A stretch of 64,000 bases of DNA from an uncultured Actinomycetes bacterium. GTDB lineage: Bacteria; Actinomycetota; Acidimicrobiia; Spongiisociales; DATADW01. The stretch lies in NCBI GenBank assembly GCA_963824995.1, contig CAWGRK010000006.1:256273-320272 (forward strand), read 5' to 3'. Position 1 is the first letter of the stretch. Every line of letters starts with the position of its first letter. Made by a program: the position numbers and the translations under genes. The notes below the pieces were generated by a model that had not been told where the DNA came from, did no database searches, and worked only from the letters and a program-made list of their open reading frames with translations. Below are positions 40,823-51,281 of this stretch, piece after piece.

Positions 40823-41461
40823 ATGGTGCATGAGGGGCGGGCGTTGAGCGGGCGCCAACAGCAAGTCCTGGATCTCATCAAGACGACCGTTTCGCAGCGG
40901 GGCTACCCGCCCTCGGTACGCGAGATCGGCGAGGCATTGGGTCTGAGCTCTCCATCTACGGTGCACAGTCATCTCTCTGCGTTGGTTGCCGCTGGCTTGG
41001 TGCGCCGCGATCCATCCAAACCTCGGGCGATCGAGGTCCTCGATCTGAAGCCGAAGGCGGTCCCGCCGGGCGGCGATAGGGTCAGGCAGGTCCCGTGGGT
41101 GGGACGAATCGCTGCCGGTACTCCGATCTTGGCCGAAGAGACCGTCGAAGACATCATCCCGCTCCCCGTTGACATCGTGGGCACCGGACCGGTATTTCTC
41201 CTGACCGTCAAGGGTGATTCCATGGTCGGCGCCGGGATACTCGATGGAGACCTCGTAGTGGTTCGCTCGCAGCCCGACGCCGACGACGGTGAGATCGTGG
41301 CGGCGATGGTGGACGGTGAAGAGGCGACGGTGAAGCGGCTGCGCCGCCGGGACGGGTCCATCCACCTGGTTTCGGAGAACCCCGACTATTCCCCCATGGT
41401 CTTCGACGGTGGGGTCGAGGTCCTGGGCAAGGTGGTTGCCGTGCTCAGAAAGGTCCGCTGA
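40823..41461 (+). CDS. lexA: SOS repressor LexA
   Basis: GYPPSVREIG, GRIAAG cleavage site, VKGDSM, EATVKR. Confidence 0.98.
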   Translation: MVHEGRALSGRQQQVLDLIKTTVSQRGYPPSVREIGEALGLSSPSTVHSHLSALVAAGLVRRDPSKPRAIEVLDLKPKAVPPGGDRVRQVPWVGRIAAGTPILAEETVEDIIPLPVDIVGTGPVFLLTVKGDSMVGAGILDGDLVVVRSQPDADDGEIVAAMVDGEEATVKRLRRRDGSIHLVSENPDYSPMVFDGGVEVLGKVVAVLRKVR

Positions 41462-41464
41462 GCG

Positions 41465-42217
41465 TCAACCGGGGAGGGTCCCCCGAAAGACGGTGTTCGC
41501 CGGACCGGTGAGCCAGGCGTCGTCTCCGCGAAGCTCCACGAGCAGTGCGCCACCGAGCAGCCGGACCAGCACTCTTTCGCCTACCAAGCCTTGGCGACGG
41601 GCCACAGCCGCTGTCGCGGCGGCACCGCTCCCGCAGGCAAGTGTCTCTCCCACGCCCCGCTCCCACACCCGGAGGTCGATCGCTGCTGGATCGCGCACCG
41701 CGGCGAACTCGACATTGGTGCCCTCTGGGAACAGATGATGGTGCTCGATCACGCTCCCCTGCTCGGCGACCGGCGCGCTGGCAGGGTCAGACACGAAGGT
41801 CACGGCATGAGGGTTGCCAACCGACACGGGAACCAGTTCCAGGCCGGCCACGGTCACCGTCGAGGGGGCCACCTCGACTGGCCCCAGTTCCACTGTGATC
41901 TCGTCGCCATCGACGCGGGCCTGTCTGGGGCCCACCGGCGTGTCCACAACGAGTTCGCCGGTCGACCAGCCCCGGTCGACAGCGAAACGGGCGACGCACC
42001 GCAGACCGTTTCCGCACATCTCGGCGGCCCCGCCGTCGGCGTTCCAATAGCCCATGGCAACCCGCTCGGTTCCTACCTTCTCCACCACGAGGACACCGTC
42101 GGCCCCGATACCCCTTCGTCGGTCACATAGCCGGGCAACGTCCCCCCTTGCTAGCTCCAGCGGGCCATCGAGCACGATGAAGTCGTTGCCCAGCCCCTCC
42201 ATCTTCACGAACTCCAT
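41465..42217 (-). CDS. dapF: Diaminopimelate epimerase
   Basis: GLGNDF, EMCGNG, GNPH, VWERGVGETLACGSG. Confidence 0.97.
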   Translation of the reverse strand: MEFVKMEGLGNDFIVLDGPLELARGDVARLCDRRRGIGADGVLVVEKVGTERVAMGYWNADGGAAEMCGNGLRCVARFAVDRGWSTGELVVDTPVGPRQARVDGDEITVELGPVEVAPSTVTVAGLELVPVSVGNPHAVTFVSDPASAPVAEQGSVIEHHHLFPEGTNVEFAAVRDPAAIDLRVWERGVGETLACGSGAAATAAVARRQGLVGERVLVRLLGGALLVELRGDDAWLTGPANTVFRGTLPG

Positions 42218-43119
42218 GCCGGCTCCTCGGTCAGCGCTTGCCTGACGGATTGGTAGAGCTCATCGGGGTCGTCCGACCAGGCGACCCATCTGATCCTCGG
42301 GTCTCGCCTGAAGAACGTCCGTTGGCGCTTGGCGAGCTTCCTGGTGGCCTGCTCCGCCAGCTCTATGCCCTCCTGCACCGACCGCTCCCCTGCCACCACG
42401 GGGAGGAGTTGTCGATAGCCGACTGCTGCCGCTGCGGTTGGTCCGAGCCGAGGCGCCAGAGCCGCGACCTCGTCGATCAGGCCGGTGGCGACCATGCGCC
42501 GCAGACGCACTCCGACCCTATCGCTGAGTCCCTCACCGGGGTCGACGCCGACGGCGACAAAAGGAACCGCGGGCCGGTAGCTGGCGACCGCAGCCCGTTG
42601 GGGCGATGCGGCACGCTCCGTGGGACTCCGGTGCTCGATCAACGCCACCTCGAGCGCCCGAGCCACCCGGCGCGGGTTGGCCAGATCCACGTGATGTCCT
42701 GCGTCCGGGTCGATCTCGAGCAGCCGCCCCTCGACCTCGGACGCGGAAAGCGCCGAGATCTTCTCTCGAATCTGCTGATCCTCACCGGGGAAGTGGAGCG
42801 GATCGACCACCGCTCGGAAGTGGAGACCGGAGCCACCGCTGATCACGACAGGGCCTGAAGCCGCGATCAGGGCCGCCCTGGCCTCCTGCTGGAAGCGCGC
42901 CACCGAGTAGCGCTCCTCCGGTTCGGCCACATCGACCATGTGGTGGGGCACCCTTGCCCTGTCGGCCGCCGAGGGCTTAGCGGTGCCGATGTCCATCCCG
43001 CGGTACACCTGCATCGAGTCGACCGAGAGCACCGACCCGCCGAGGTCTGTGGAGAGACGGATGGCCAGGTCACTCTTGCCAGAGGCGGTGGGACCTAGAA
43101 CGGCCAGGAGCCGGGTCAG
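42205..43119 (-). CDS. miaA: tRNA dimethylallyltransferase (probable CTG start)
   Basis: In-frame upstream LAVLGPTASGKS, DSMQVYRGMDIGTAKP, AKRQRTFF. Confidence 0.93.
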   Translation of the reverse strand: MTRLLAVLGPTASGKSDLAIRLSTDLGGSVLSVDSMQVYRGMDIGTAKPSAADRARVPHHMVDVAEPEERYSVARFQQEARAALIAASGPVVISGGSGLHFRAVVDPLHFPGEDQQIREKISALSASEVEGRLLEIDPDAGHHVDLANPRRVARALEVALIEHRSPTERAASPQRAAVASYRPAVPFVAVGVDPGEGLSDRVGVRLRRMVATGLIDEVAALAPRLGPTAAAAVGYRQLLPVVAGERSVQEGIELAEQATRKLAKRQRTFFRRDPRIRWVAWSDDPDELYQSVRQALTEEPAWSS

Positions 43120-44498
43120 GCGACTCTCCGCCCGACCAGATGGTGCGGCGCCGCCGACACCACCTCGACATCGAAGAACATCCCGGCATCTACCCGGCCC
43201 TCGACGTGCACCAATTTGCCGCCACGGGAACGCGTCGTCGCCGTGTCGGGGTCCTTGCGAGACGGTCCCTCGGTCAGCACCTCGAGCACGCGACCGACCT
43301 GTTCTTGATTTCGCTCGAGCGAGATCTGGTTCTGCAGTTCGGCCAGCCGCTCGAACCGCTCCTGGGCCACTCGATGTGGAACCGCCTCCTCGGTCATGGC
43401 TGCGGCCGCCGTCCCTGGGCGCGCCGAGAAGAGGAACATGAACGCCTGGTCGTATCGCGCCTCGTCAACGACTTCCAGGGTGCGGGAGAAGTCCCCCTCG
43501 GTCTCACCGGGGAAGCCGACGATGATGTCGCTGGAGACGGCCAGCCCTGGGATGGTGCGCCTCGCCAACTCGAGCTTGTCGAGATAGCGCCTGGCCGTGT
43601 AGCCCCTGTGCATCCTCGCCAGGACGCGGTCGCTACCGCTCTGCAGCGGCAGGTGGAGCTGCTCGCAAACCGCTGGGGTCTCTGCCATGGCCTCGGCAAC
43701 GTCCTCTCGGAAGTCTGCAGGATGAGGGCTGGTGAACCGAACGCGGCGGATCCCGTCCACCGCCCCAACTCTGCGCAACAGGTCGGCGAATATCGGGCGT
43801 CGTCGTCCGTCGATGGCGAGGTCGCGGCCGTAGGTGTTGACGTTCTGACCGAGGAGCGTCACCTCGACGACACCGTCGTCACCCAGCTGCTCGACTTCGC
43901 GTATCACGTCTCCCGGACGGCGGCTGATCTCGCGGCCCCGAACCGAAGGGACGATGCAGAAGGTGCAGGAGTTGTTGCAACCGACCTGGATGGTCACCCA
44001 GGCGGAGTGGGCGACTTCCCGACGGGCGGGGAGAGATGACGGCATCGCCTGGAGCTCGTCGACCACCTCGACCACAGGCCCCCACTCCTCTGCATGGTCG
44101 AGGAGGTCGAGCACCCGGTCGAGGTTGTGGGTTCCCAAGACGACATCGACCCAGGGTGCCCTGGCTCGCACCAACTCCCGATCCTTCTGGGCGGCGCACC
44201 CGGCGACGACCAGGAGAACATCGGGGTGCTCCTGCTTCAGCGTCTTCAGGTGGCCGAGGTGGCCGTAGAGCCGGTTGTCGGCGTTCTCCCTGATCGTGCA
44301 GGTATTGATGAAGACAACGTCGGCCTGGTCGAGCTGATCTGCTGGGATCATCCCATCGGCGGCGAAGAGACCGGCCACCCGCTCGCTGTCGTGCTCGTTC
44401 ATCTGGCAACCGAAGGTGCGGAGGAAGTACCGGCGCCCGGTCCGTTGGGGCACTCGACGCTCCCGCCGTGCCGGAGGCGACATCATGATGGATGACAT
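43116..44498 (-). CDS. miaB: tRNA methylthiotransferase MiaB
   Basis: TFGCQMNEHDSE, CNNSCTFC radical SAM motif, TRAM domain; start uncertain. Confidence 0.96.
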   Translation of the reverse strand: MSSIMMSPPARRERRVPQRTGRRYFLRTFGCQMNEHDSERVAGLFAADGMIPADQLDQADVVFINTCTIRENADNRLYGHLGHLKTLKQEHPDVLLVVAGCAAQKDRELVRARAPWVDVVLGTHNLDRVLDLLDHAEEWGPVVEVVDELQAMPSSLPARREVAHSAWVTIQVGCNNSCTFCIVPSVRGREISRRPGDVIREVEQLGDDGVVEVTLLGQNVNTYGRDLAIDGRRRPIFADLLRRVGAVDGIRRVRFTSPHPADFREDVAEAMAETPAVCEQLHLPLQSGSDRVLARMHRGYTARRYLDKLELARRTIPGLAVSSDIIVGFPGETEGDFSRTLEVVDEARYDQAFMFLFSARPGTAAAAMTEEAVPHRVAQERFERLAELQNQISLERNQEQVGRVLEVLTEGPSRKDPDTATTRSRGGKLVHVEGRVDAGMFFDVEVVSAAPHHLVGRRVA

Positions 44499-44508
44499 GG
44501 TCACGGAT

Positions 44509-46050
44509 TCAACGGGCGTAGTCGGTGACACGCAGTTCGCGGATCACCGTCACCAGGATCTGGCCGGGGTACTGGAGGTCTTCTTCGAGCCGCTTGGCGA
44601 TCCGCCGGGCGAGGTCCGCCGCCCCGAGGTCGTCCACCCGGCCGGGGTCCACCACCACCCGAACCTCGCGCCCCGCCTGGAGGGCGAAGACCTTCTCGAC
44701 CCCCTCGAAGTCCCACACCAGGTTCTCCAGCCTCTCCAGCCGGCGCACGTAGGACTCGAGGGCCTCGCGGCGCGCACCCGGGCGGGCCGCCGACACCGCG
44801 TCCGCCGCCTGGACCAAAACCGCCAACAGCGTGCGCGGCTCGACCTCGTTGTGGTGAGCCTCGATCCCATGGACGATGGCAGGGTCTTCCCCGAACCTGC
44901 GGGCGATCTCGGCCCCGATCAGGGCGTGAGACCCCTCGACCTCGTGGGTGACGGCCTTGCCGATGTCGTGGAGCAGCGAGGCGCGCTTGATCGGCGCAGC
45001 TTCAAGACCCAACTCAGCAGCAAGCATCCCACCGATGTGGGCCGACTCGACGAGGTGGTTGAGCACGTTCTGACCATAGGAAGTCCGGTAGCGGAGTCTT
45101 CCGAGCAGAGTCACCAACTCGGGGTGCATCTTGGAGATCCCCACCTCGAGCAGCGCCCACTCGCCGGAGTCGCGCACGCTCGCCTCGACCTCGGCATTCG
45201 CCTTTTCGAAGGCCTCCTCGATCGAAGCGGGGTGGATCCGCCCGTCGGCCACGAGCTTCTCCAAGGCGATGCGAGCCACCTCGCGCCGGACGGGGTCGAA
45301 GGAAGCGACCGAGACAGCTTCGGGGGTGTCGTCCACGATCAGGTTCACGCCGGTCACCGCCTCGAAGGCGCGGATGTTCCGACCCTCGCGGCCGATTATC
45401 CGGCCCTTCATGTCGTCCGAGGGCAGTTCGACCACGGCGACCGTCGTCTCGGTGACCACCTCGGAGGCGAGCCTCTGGACGGCGGTTGCGAGTATGCGTC
45501 GGGCCCGTCGGTCGGCTTCCTCGCGCGCCCTGATCTCGGTGTCGCGCACCAATACCATGGCGTCGCGCTTGGCATCGGCCTCCACCTGCTCGAGCAGTTC
45601 GCGTTTGGCCGCAGCGACGTCGAGGTTGGCGACCCGGGCCAGCGATTCACGCGCCTCCTCACCCTGGGCCTCAACCTCTACTCGAAGCTCGGCGACTTCC
45701 TGCTCGCGGTGGATGAGGAACTGCTCGCGCTGCGCCAGGTTGCTGGCTCTCTGCTCGAGGGTCCGCTCCCGGGATGCGAGGCGCTCTTCGCCGGCCTGCG
45801 TCTCGACCCGACGCATCTCGAGCGATGCCTCTTCGCGTTCCCGGTAGGTCTCGGCTCGGGCATGACCCTCTTCATCGGCTTTGGCGAGAACCCGCTGAGC
45901 CTCGAGGCGTGCCGACCCGAGCACTTCCTCGGCGGTAGCCGCTGCGCCCTCCCTGTTACGCCGCGCCCTTTCACGACCGACGATTGACCCGACTACGAAT
46001 CCGATGATCCCCAAGACGACTGCGGCGATGCCTCCAATGATCCATTCCAT
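44509..46050 (-). CDS. rny: Ribonuclease Y
   Basis: N-term TM, coiled coil, KH (KGRIIGREGRNIR), HD (LLHDIGK), SAARPGAR. Confidence 0.97.
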   Translation of the reverse strand: MEWIIGGIAAVVLGIIGFVVGSIVGRERARRNREGAAATAEEVLGSARLEAQRVLAKADEEGHARAETYREREEASLEMRRVETQAGEERLASRERTLEQRASNLAQREQFLIHREQEVAELRVEVEAQGEEARESLARVANLDVAAAKRELLEQVEADAKRDAMVLVRDTEIRAREEADRRARRILATAVQRLASEVVTETTVAVVELPSDDMKGRIIGREGRNIRAFEAVTGVNLIVDDTPEAVSVASFDPVRREVARIALEKLVADGRIHPASIEEAFEKANAEVEASVRDSGEWALLEVGISKMHPELVTLLGRLRYRTSYGQNVLNHLVESAHIGGMLAAELGLEAAPIKRASLLHDIGKAVTHEVEGSHALIGAEIARRFGEDPAIVHGIEAHHNEVEPRTLLAVLVQAADAVSAARPGARREALESYVRRLERLENLVWDFEGVEKVFALQAGREVRVVVDPGRVDDLGAADLARRIAKRLEEDLQYPGQILVTVIRELRVTDYAR

Positions 46051-46278
46051 CTCGGCTGCCCTTCACGATCCCTTGGAACGCGACGAGCCGAACCATGACG
46101 GTTCGGCACGTCCTCACTCCCACGATCGCAGGCCCGCTCAGCGCCTTGGCGGGAACCTCCGTCCGTTGCTCAGGATCTGGTTGTTTCGGTATTTTCCCAT
46201 TCGCCCGGTCAGTGTGGATGTGCCTGTTGTCCTCATCGTACCCCACATGTCCAGGGCGGTCATGGGATGGCAGCCTGG

Positions 46279-47319
46279 TCAGATCTCGGGGGGAGCCTCC
46301 ACCTCTTCGACCTCATCGATCGGCTCGTCCTGTGACCGGTCCAGCCCCACCATCTCCAACACCTTCTGTTGAAGCTGAACCGATACCTCGGGGTTTTCGC
46401 GGAGGAACCGCTTGGCGTTCTCCCGCCCCTGGCCGAGTTGGTCGTCGTCGAAGGTGAACCAGGCGCCGCTCTTGCGAACCACCCCGAGGTCAACTGCGAC
46501 GTCGATCAGACTTCCTTCGCGTGAGATTCCCTCACCGAACATGATGTCGAACTCGGCCTGACGGAAGGGAGCGGCGCACTTGTTCTTCACCACCTTGGCC
46601 CTGACCCGGTTGCCAACCGCCTCCTGGCCGTCCTTTATCGACTCGATCCGCCTGATGTCGATCCGCACGCTGGCGTAGAACTTGAGTGCCCGCCCTCCCG
46701 GGGTGACTTCAGGTGAACCGAACATCACACCTATCTTCTCCCGGAGCTGGTTGATGAAGATCGCGGTGGTGCGCGAGCGACTCAGGTTGGCGGTGAGCTT
46801 GCGCAGAGCCTGAGACATCAGCCGGGCTTGGAGACCGACATGGGTGTCTCCCATCTCACCCTCGATCTCGGCTCGCGGGACCAAGGCGGCAACCGAGTCG
46901 ATCACGACGACGTCGAGAGCGCCGGAGCGGATCAGCATGTCGGCTATCTCCAGCGCCTGCTCCCCCGTGTCGGGCTGAGAGATGAGCAGTTCGTCGATGT
47001 CCACCCCGATGGCTTTGACGTAGACGGGGTCGAGGGCGTGCTCGGCATCGATGAAGGCGGCCAGCCCGCCGTTGCGCTGCGCTTCGGCCACCACATGGAG
47101 CGCCAGGCTGGTCTTCCCTGAGCTCTCCGGGCCGAAGATCTCCACTACGCGGCCCCGCGGGACACCACCCACGCCGAGGGCGAGGTCGAGTGCCAGAGCA
47201 CCGGTGGGGATGGTCTCCATCCGCTGGTTGGCGGTCTCGCCGAGCTTCATGATGGCGCCCTTGCCGAACTGCCGCTCGATCTGCGATCTCGCCATTTCCA
47301 GGCTCTTGTCACGGTCCAC
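46279..47319 (-). CDS. recA: Recombinase RecA
   Basis: [38 protein letters not shown]. Confidence 0.99.
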   Translation of the reverse strand: MDRDKSLEMARSQIERQFGKGAIMKLGETANQRMETIPTGALALDLALGVGGVPRGRVVEIFGPESSGKTSLALHVVAEAQRNGGLAAFIDAEHALDPVYVKAIGVDIDELLISQPDTGEQALEIADMLIRSGALDVVVIDSVAALVPRAEIEGEMGDTHVGLQARLMSQALRKLTANLSRSRTTAIFINQLREKIGVMFGSPEVTPGGRALKFYASVRIDIRRIESIKDGQEAVGNRVRAKVVKNKCAAPFRQAEFDIMFGEGISREGSLIDVAVDLGVVRKSGAWFTFDDDQLGQGRENAKRFLRENPEVSVQLQQKVLEMVGLDRSQDEPIDEVEEVEAPPEI

Positions 47320-47427
47320 GGTCCGCTCCCTTCGTTGGCCGGTCCCGCCCTGAGATCTCCGTCCAGTGCGTCAAGGTACCGGGTCCATGCGACAAACGAC
47401 AGTGATGTGATTCGGACAGAACGATAG

Positions 47428-47443
47428 TCGAACGAGTGTTCGG
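47428..47443. promoter_or_regulatory. LexA box upstream of recA
   Basis: TCGAAC-GAGT-GTTCGG. Confidence 0.88.
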
Positions 47444-47460
47444 GTGGAAGCCTTGTGATC

Positions 47461-47496
47461 AAGGCGGAAGACGGAAGGCGGAAGACGGAAGGGCGG
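47461..47496. repeat. Heptamer tandem repeat (AAGRCGG)4-5
   Basis: AAGGCGG AAGACGG AAGGCGG AAGACGG AAGGGCGG, intergenic. Confidence 0.8.
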
Positions 47497-47502
47497 CTGC
47501 TC

Positions 47503-48057
47503 TCATCGGAGCGGAAAGCCCTCCAGTTCCTCATAGCGGGCAGGCCGGCGGCCCCCGAGATGGCTGCGGTACACCACCACCCTGGTCACCATCTGCCGCA
47601 CTCCGACCGAAGACGTCGCTTCCACCAACGGCCGCACGTCCTGGGGCGGTCGGAGCCTGCTCAAGGTGAGATGGGAAGCGAACGGTCTGTCGTCGGGTGG
47701 TATCCCGGCCTCTTCCAGCGCGCCCTCCACGGATGCCGCCAACACCGATAGCCGCTCCGCTCCGTCGTCGACGGCCACCCAGAGCACGGTGGCGCGGGAA
47801 GCGCGGGGGAATGCTCCCAGCCCTCCGAAGGCGATCCGGAAAGGGGCGCCGACGTGGGCCCGGTCGAGCGCCTCCAGCAGGCGGTCGTATGTCACTTGTT
47901 CGATTGACCCGAGAAAGCGGAGCGTGATATGCCAGTTGGCTGGTGGCACCGGGCTCCCGGGAAGCGGCGGGCCTTCGCCGAATCTGGCGGCAAGAGCGTG
48001 ACGGGTCTCGTCTTCGAGAGGAACGGCGACGAACAGCCGGCCTACCGGGTCCACCAC
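47503..48057 (-). CDS. thpR: RNA 2',3'-cyclic phosphodiesterase
   Basis: RLFVAV, HITLRFLG and HLTLSR (2H motifs). Confidence 0.93.
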   Translation of the reverse strand: MVDPVGRLFVAVPLEDETRHALAARFGEGPPLPGSPVPPANWHITLRFLGSIEQVTYDRLLEALDRAHVGAPFRIAFGGLGAFPRASRATVLWVAVDDGAERLSVLAASVEGALEEAGIPPDDRPFASHLTLSRLRPPQDVRPLVEATSSVGVRQMVTRVVVYRSHLGGRRPARYEELEGFPLR

Positions 48058-49289
48058 TCCCCCGCCACCGCCCGGCGCACCAGATGCAGGGCGGCGGTGG
48101 AGGCGTAGGCCCGAACCCGCTCCCGGTCACCCGGCAGCCGCATGGTGCGGGCCGCCGACCCTTCGGGTGTGCTGACACCGATCACGACTGTTCCCACGTC
48201 GTGCTCCAGTCGCTCCGGCCCAGCGGAACCGGTGAGACCCACCGCCACGTCGGCCTCGAGCAGACGTGCCACTCCGACAGCCATCGCCTCGGCCACCGGC
48301 TCACTCACCACACCGTGCTCTGATATCTGCTCGGAAGACACGCCGAGGAGCCGTTCCTTGATCTCAGGTGTGTAGGCAACCACCGATCCGCGGAACACCG
48401 CGGAGGCCCCGGGGATGCCGGTGAGCCGCGCCGCCACCATTCCTCCCGTCACCGACTCCGCCGTTGCTATCGACCAACCGGTAGCCAAGAGCGAGCGGAG
48501 CAGCACTTCCTCGATGGTGTCAGCGTCCGCTCCGAATACGACGCTCCCGAGACGTGACCGGATCTCCTCCTCGACCGGTGCAATCAGCACCGATGCCTCT
48601 TGGCGGGACCCTGCTTTGGCGCTGACCCGCACCTTGATCTCGCCCGCCGATGCCAGGAAAGCGACCGACGGGTTGCTCGTGGCGCGGTAGAGGTCATCGA
48701 GTACCTCGGCGACCTGGGACTCCGACATGCCCCAGGTGCGAAGCACCCTGCTCTCCAACACCTCCTCGATGCCCGCGGCCCGTCGCAGGTCGGGTATGAC
48801 CTCCGACGTGACAAGCAGTTCCATCTCGGCGGGCACTCCGGGGACGGCGTAGATGAGCCGTCCACCGTGGTCGAGCCTGATGCCGGGGGCGCTGCCCTTG
48901 GGATTGGGGAGGAAGCCGGCGCCGTCGGGGTACTCCGCCTGGCGGAGGTTGTTCTCCGGCATCACCCGCCCACTGGCGGCGAAGCGGCGCTGCAGGTCAG
49001 CGGCGTACTCCTCGGAGAAGAGCATCTTGCGTCCGGTCGCGGCGCATATCGCTTCCCGGGTGAGGTCGTCCTGGGTGGGCCCGATTCCTCCGGTGATGAT
49101 CACCGCGTCGGCCCGCCCCAGCGCTTGGCGGATCGTGGAGGCGACCCGTTCGATGTTGTCCCCAACCGTCACCTGAAGGTGGGCGTCGAGCCCGGCTTCG
49201 GCCAGCGCCCCGCCGATGTATGCAGCGTTGCTGTTGACGATCTGACCAAGCAGCAGCTCGGTCCCGACTGCGATCACTTCGACGATCAT
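48042..49289 (-). CDS. cinA: Competence/damage-inducible protein CinA
   Basis: VGTELLLGQIVNSN, GGIGPTQDDLT, TAESVTGG (PncC domain). Confidence 0.95.
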   Translation of the reverse strand: MIVEVIAVGTELLLGQIVNSNAAYIGGALAEAGLDAHLQVTVGDNIERVASTIRQALGRADAVIITGGIGPTQDDLTREAICAATGRKMLFSEEYAADLQRRFAASGRVMPENNLRQAEYPDGAGFLPNPKGSAPGIRLDHGGRLIYAVPGVPAEMELLVTSEVIPDLRRAAGIEEVLESRVLRTWGMSESQVAEVLDDLYRATSNPSVAFLASAGEIKVRVSAKAGSRQEASVLIAPVEEEIRSRLGSVVFGADADTIEEVLLRSLLATGWSIATAESVTGGMVAARLTGIPGASAVFRGSVVAYTPEIKERLLGVSSEQISEHGVVSEPVAEAMAVGVARLLEADVAVGLTGSAGPERLEHDVGTVVIGVSTPEGSAARTMRLPGDRERVRAYASTAALHLVRRAVAGEWWTR

Positions 49290-49299
49290 CGACAGTCCC

Positions 49300-49806
49300 T
49301 CATGGAACCCTCTGGTAGCGGCCTCGAAACCATATGAGTGGGCGCTCCAGGTTGGCCAGGACCACCTCATCGAGCGTCGCCACCACCAACTGCTGGTAGC
49401 CGACCCGCTCGATTCTCTCCAAGGATGCCCTGGCCCTGGTACCGGCCGAGGTCAACTCCGGACCCCACTCCCCGTCATCGAAGGCGACATCGCTGAACAG
49501 CCCGCCCGGGCTGGGTGCGACGAGAGCGAACCGGTCAGACAGCGCCCCGTCATCTGCCGAGAGCACGTGGACGACGAACCTGGCGGTCCGTCGGATCACC
49601 TCGAGTACGTCGCTTCCCTCGGCCAGCGAGAGGACCAGGCGGGCAGGCGCCCCCTCCACCACGAGAATGGACGCGACGGTGGAACCGGATCGCTCCTCCG
49701 GTGCTCCAGCGGTGACCACGGTCACACCTGCCGCGATCCTCCCCCGAAGACGCCTCGCCGGATCACCGCCCTCGGTCGGCCGGAATGGGTGCTCGGCGTG
49801 GATCAC
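49300..49806 (-). CDS. Flavin reductase family protein
   Basis: GVTVVTAG, FVVHVL, DRFA, PLIWFRGRY. Confidence 0.85.
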   Translation of the reverse strand: MIHAEHPFRPTEGGDPARRLRGRIAAGVTVVTAGAPEERSGSTVASILVVEGAPARLVLSLAEGSDVLEVIRRTARFVVHVLSADDGALSDRFALVAPSPGGLFSDVAFDDGEWGPELTSAGTRARASLERIERVGYQQLVVATLDEVVLANLERPLIWFRGRYQRVP

Positions 49807-49926
49807 GTCCCGGCCTGCTGCGCCGATGCGCCCCACAACACCGTCGTCGTTGGCCTACCGCTCACCGACCGGATGGTATGCCGAACGAGTCGTCGAGGCT
49901 CTCCACTCTCGGCTCACCGCCTGGGC

Positions 49927-50806
49927 TCACCTGAGTGGGACCTCCCAGCGGCGGCGGCCCTTGAACCGCAAGCTGCTCGCGTAACCAGCGAGACGCGCCG
50001 CCGCAACCACTTCCTCGTGCCCCCAGGCCGCCTCGTTTGGCACGTGGCCGTCGCTGGCCAATGTGATGGGCACTCCCGCCCAGTTGAACATCTCGAGAAA
50101 GGTCGGGGCGGGGTACACCTCACCGACCGGCTTCCGCAGCCCCTGGCTCGACACCTCGACCGCCGTCCCCGACCCCGATGCCGCCTCGACCACGGCCAGG
50201 TACAGATCCACAGGCTCGCGCTCCGGTCGCTGTCCGTGCTTCTTGCACACGTCCACGTGGGCCAGAACATCCACAGCACCGGAGGCGGCAAGTTGGGTCT
50301 CCAACTCGAAGTACTGCTCCCAGGCGCGTCGAACCCCCCGCCTGGCGAACTCGTCGGACACCTCTGCGGTGTCCACCGCCCACCCACCGATCCAGTGCAC
50401 CGACCCGATGAGGAAGTCCCAAGGGTACGGGGCGATCAGGTCGAGAACGGCCCCGATCGTCTCCGGGAAGAAGTCCACCTCGAGCCCGAGAGCGACGGGC
50501 AGACCGCGGTCCTTGGCGGCCTGCACCGCCTCCACATAGCTGTCGAGGCTGAGGTTGCGGTCTCTTCCCACGAACCTCTTGGTGTGCTCGGCGAGTCTTT
50601 GGTCCGGCTCGTACTCCCACCACCGGCCCAGCGCCGTCTCGGACTCGGGTGCACCTGTAGAGATGCTCGGTGAATCCGATCTCATCGACACCGCGCGTCG
50701 CAGCAGCCTCGATGTATGCCTCGATCAGCCCGTCGGGGTAACACCCGGGAGTGGGACCACCTTCGGCCGGTTCATGGGGATGGAGATGTAGGTGATGATC
50801 ACCCAT
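49927..50806 (-). CDS. PHP-family histidinol phosphatase-like protein (frameshift near 50648)
   Basis: DHHLH, GFTEH, then GLEVD, IGSVH, LAHVD, LASDGH. Confidence 0.85.
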
Positions 50807-50849
50807 CCGCTCAGTGTGCATGGGTGCCGCCAGCGGGCACCAATCGAGC

Positions 50850-51281
50850 TCAACTCTCGACGGCCGCCGAGTTCGAGGCAGACACGCCAACCTGGCGGCG
50901 TTCGGCCGCAACCGGCTGGGCGTCGGCGGCGACCGACACGGCGTGGACAACCGCCTCGATGGCACCCACCACAGCGAGTGGGTCGAGGATCGACCCCGGA
51001 TCGGCGATCCGGGCGCGTACCAATGGACCGTTTCCGCCGATATCCACCGAAACCTCAGAGGGAAGCCCGACAACCCGCTGCCCCATCGACCGCCGCATCC
51101 CGGCTGCCTGGTGCGACCCGACCTCGACCGTCACCTCGACGACGTACCCGGCACCTCTTCCACGCCTCACCCGGACAGGGAGGTCGAACATCGACCCGCC
51201 GATGTCGCCGTTGCCCAAGCTCTTGAGCGCGTGGCTCGCCGCGAGTCGGCGGGCGATCGAGTCGAAGTCGGGATTGGACAT
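50850..51281 (-). CDS. Hypothetical protein
   Basis: Coding-like ORF co-oriented with its neighbours; no recognisable motif. Confidence 0.55.
   Translation of the reverse strand: MSNPDFDSIARRLAASHALKSLGNGDIGGSMFDLPVRVRRGRGAGYVVEVTVEVGSHQAAGMRRSMGQRVVGLPSEVSVDIGGNGPLVRARIADPGSILDPLAVVGAIEAVVHAVSVAADAQPVAAERRQVGVSASNSAAVES

Noticed and set aside
44416..45987. 523-aa plus-strand ORF and many other long antisense or overlapping ORFs in the track
   Set aside because: Shadow ORFs opposite well-supported genes, expected at this GC content; no recognisable motifs
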